Source of the DNA: Bacteroidales bacterium
GTDB lineage: Bacteria > Bacteroidota > Bacteroidia > Bacteroidales > UBA10428
DNA: 64,000 bases
Reading direction: 5' to 3'
Assembly (NCBI GenBank): GCA_016929525.1
Contig: JAFGIP010000045.1
Coordinates: 9,152 to 73,151, forward strand
Shown here one piece after another: positions 63,210-64,000 of this stretch. A program made the position numbers and the translations under genes. Each line of letters opens with the position of its first letter. Within the stretch, counting starts at the first letter, position 1. Under the pieces are notes generated by a model that saw only the letters and a list, made by a program, of their open reading frames with translations, was not told the DNA's origin and did not search any database.

Positions 63210-63813
63210 ATCCGTTGATTCTTTTTGTTTTTTGCAAAACCGAATAGATTTGATAACAAACCCAGGCATCGGTTGCTGCATATTCAATTTGTGCAACAGT
63301 TAATGTGTCTGCTTCCCAGTTCGAAGTTTGTTGCCGTTTACTGATTCTGAATCCGAGTATATTACCGGTGAGTTTCTTTAAACCCTGATCTTCAATTCCA
63401 TAATTTTTAACATGTTCCTGTAACTCAATAAATCCTCCGGGGTTAAAATGACTGAGTTTTTTTAGCCCTGCAAGATCATCTTTGATCGCAACCCCTGTTT
63501 TTATAATATCATCGTTTGCTAATATTTTCATAAGTGAATCAGGAAGCCCGATTTTATTTACCCTGAAAATAAACGCTTTGACGCCGGTACTGAGTTGCAG
63601 TAACGACACCTTATTCATGTTACCTTTTCTAAAACTGGGTCTTGTTTCTGTATCGAATCCAAATATTGTCTCTCTTTCGATTTCCGGTAATACTTTATGA
63701 TACTTATGGAATGAATCAACGAAGATTATTTCTCCTTCAAACTTTTTCCGTGGCAAAAGGTTTAATTCCTCTCTTGTTATTTTTACTTTAAACAGACTAT
63801 TTTTCATCATCAC
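63178..63813 (-). CDS. 3'-5' exonuclease (DEDD/RNase D-like domain) protein
   Basis: ExoI FGFDTETRP, ExoII context (ILANDDIIKTGVAIKDDL) and ExoIII YAATDAW. Confidence 0.85.
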   Translation of the reverse strand: MMMKNSLFKVKITREELNLLPRKKFEGEIIFVDSFHKYHKVLPEIERETIFGFDTETRPSFRKGNMNKVSLLQLSTGVKAFIFRVNKIGLPDSLMKILANDDIIKTGVAIKDDLAGLKKLSHFNPGGFIELQEHVKNYGIEDQGLKKLTGNILGFRISKRQQTSNWEADTLTVAQIEYAATDAWVCYQIYSVLQKTKRINGYEGKGSSEIG

Positions 63814-64000
63814 TATAATCTTCTTGCCTCTTACTTATAATCCAGTCACTGGTATCAAGATCATCAGGCAGTTCATCAGAATTCTGTATAAAATTTTCAT
63901 CTTCTATAATCTCTTCATCTGTATAACGAAGAAAATGTAAGGCTCTTAATGCATTTGTGAGCCTTTGCCCCCAATAGGTTTCAAATGCCTGCCTGCATTC
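63800..64000 (-). CDS. 3' end of an unidentified gene running off the window (acidic C-terminus ...DWIISKRQEDYSDDEK)
   Basis: The minus-strand frame is open from the window edge to the TAG at 63800-63802. That stop overlaps the ATGATG start of the exonuclease gene, which suggests translational coupling. Not in the ORF track because no start codon lies in the window. Confidence 0.5.

Overview
AT-rich chromosomal segment with Bacteroidota hallmarks: a SusC/SusD pair, T9SS C-terminal sorting domains, a FISUMP domain and a 286-aa primary sigma factor. Housekeeping genes (uvrB 3' part, rpoD, htrA-like, dapF, gyrB, ftsE-like, tex, rlmI, a DEDD exonuclease) are interspersed with accessory genes. These include secreted and surface protein genes, a small polysaccharide block (flippase, GT4, AsnB-like), a serpin lipoprotein, oligopeptidase B, an MFS transporter and a propeller-type hybrid sensor kinase. 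A ROK-regulated amino-sugar utilisation locus spans 46.5-60.2 kb: ROK regulator, SusC-like, SusD-like, NagB/LmbE-like fusion, SSS transporter, ROK kinase and GH20-PA14 hexosaminidase. The most unusual region is 38.3-41.0 kb. There an IS200-like HUH/Y1 (RAYT-type) transposase gene and a neighbouring DUF418 membrane-protein gene are bracketed by six same-orientation copies of a GC-rich 23-nt hairpin, embedded in ~68-bp units. Those units also carry decayed copies of the transposase gene's own 3' end, and the array abuts an 8 x 21-bp degenerate tandem array. Other points worth a second look are a G+C-rich nested inverted-repeat element between trkH and tex (43.86-44.00 kb), a trkH reading frame broken by one in-frame TAG, a stand-alone T9SS-sorting-domain mini-protein overlapping the start of a 1122-aa PKD/FISUMP protein that has no sorting domain, and three tandem 285-bp PKD-coding repeats. 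No rRNA, tRNA or CRISPR array was found. All calls rest on reading the translated ORFs and the raw sequence; no database search was possible.
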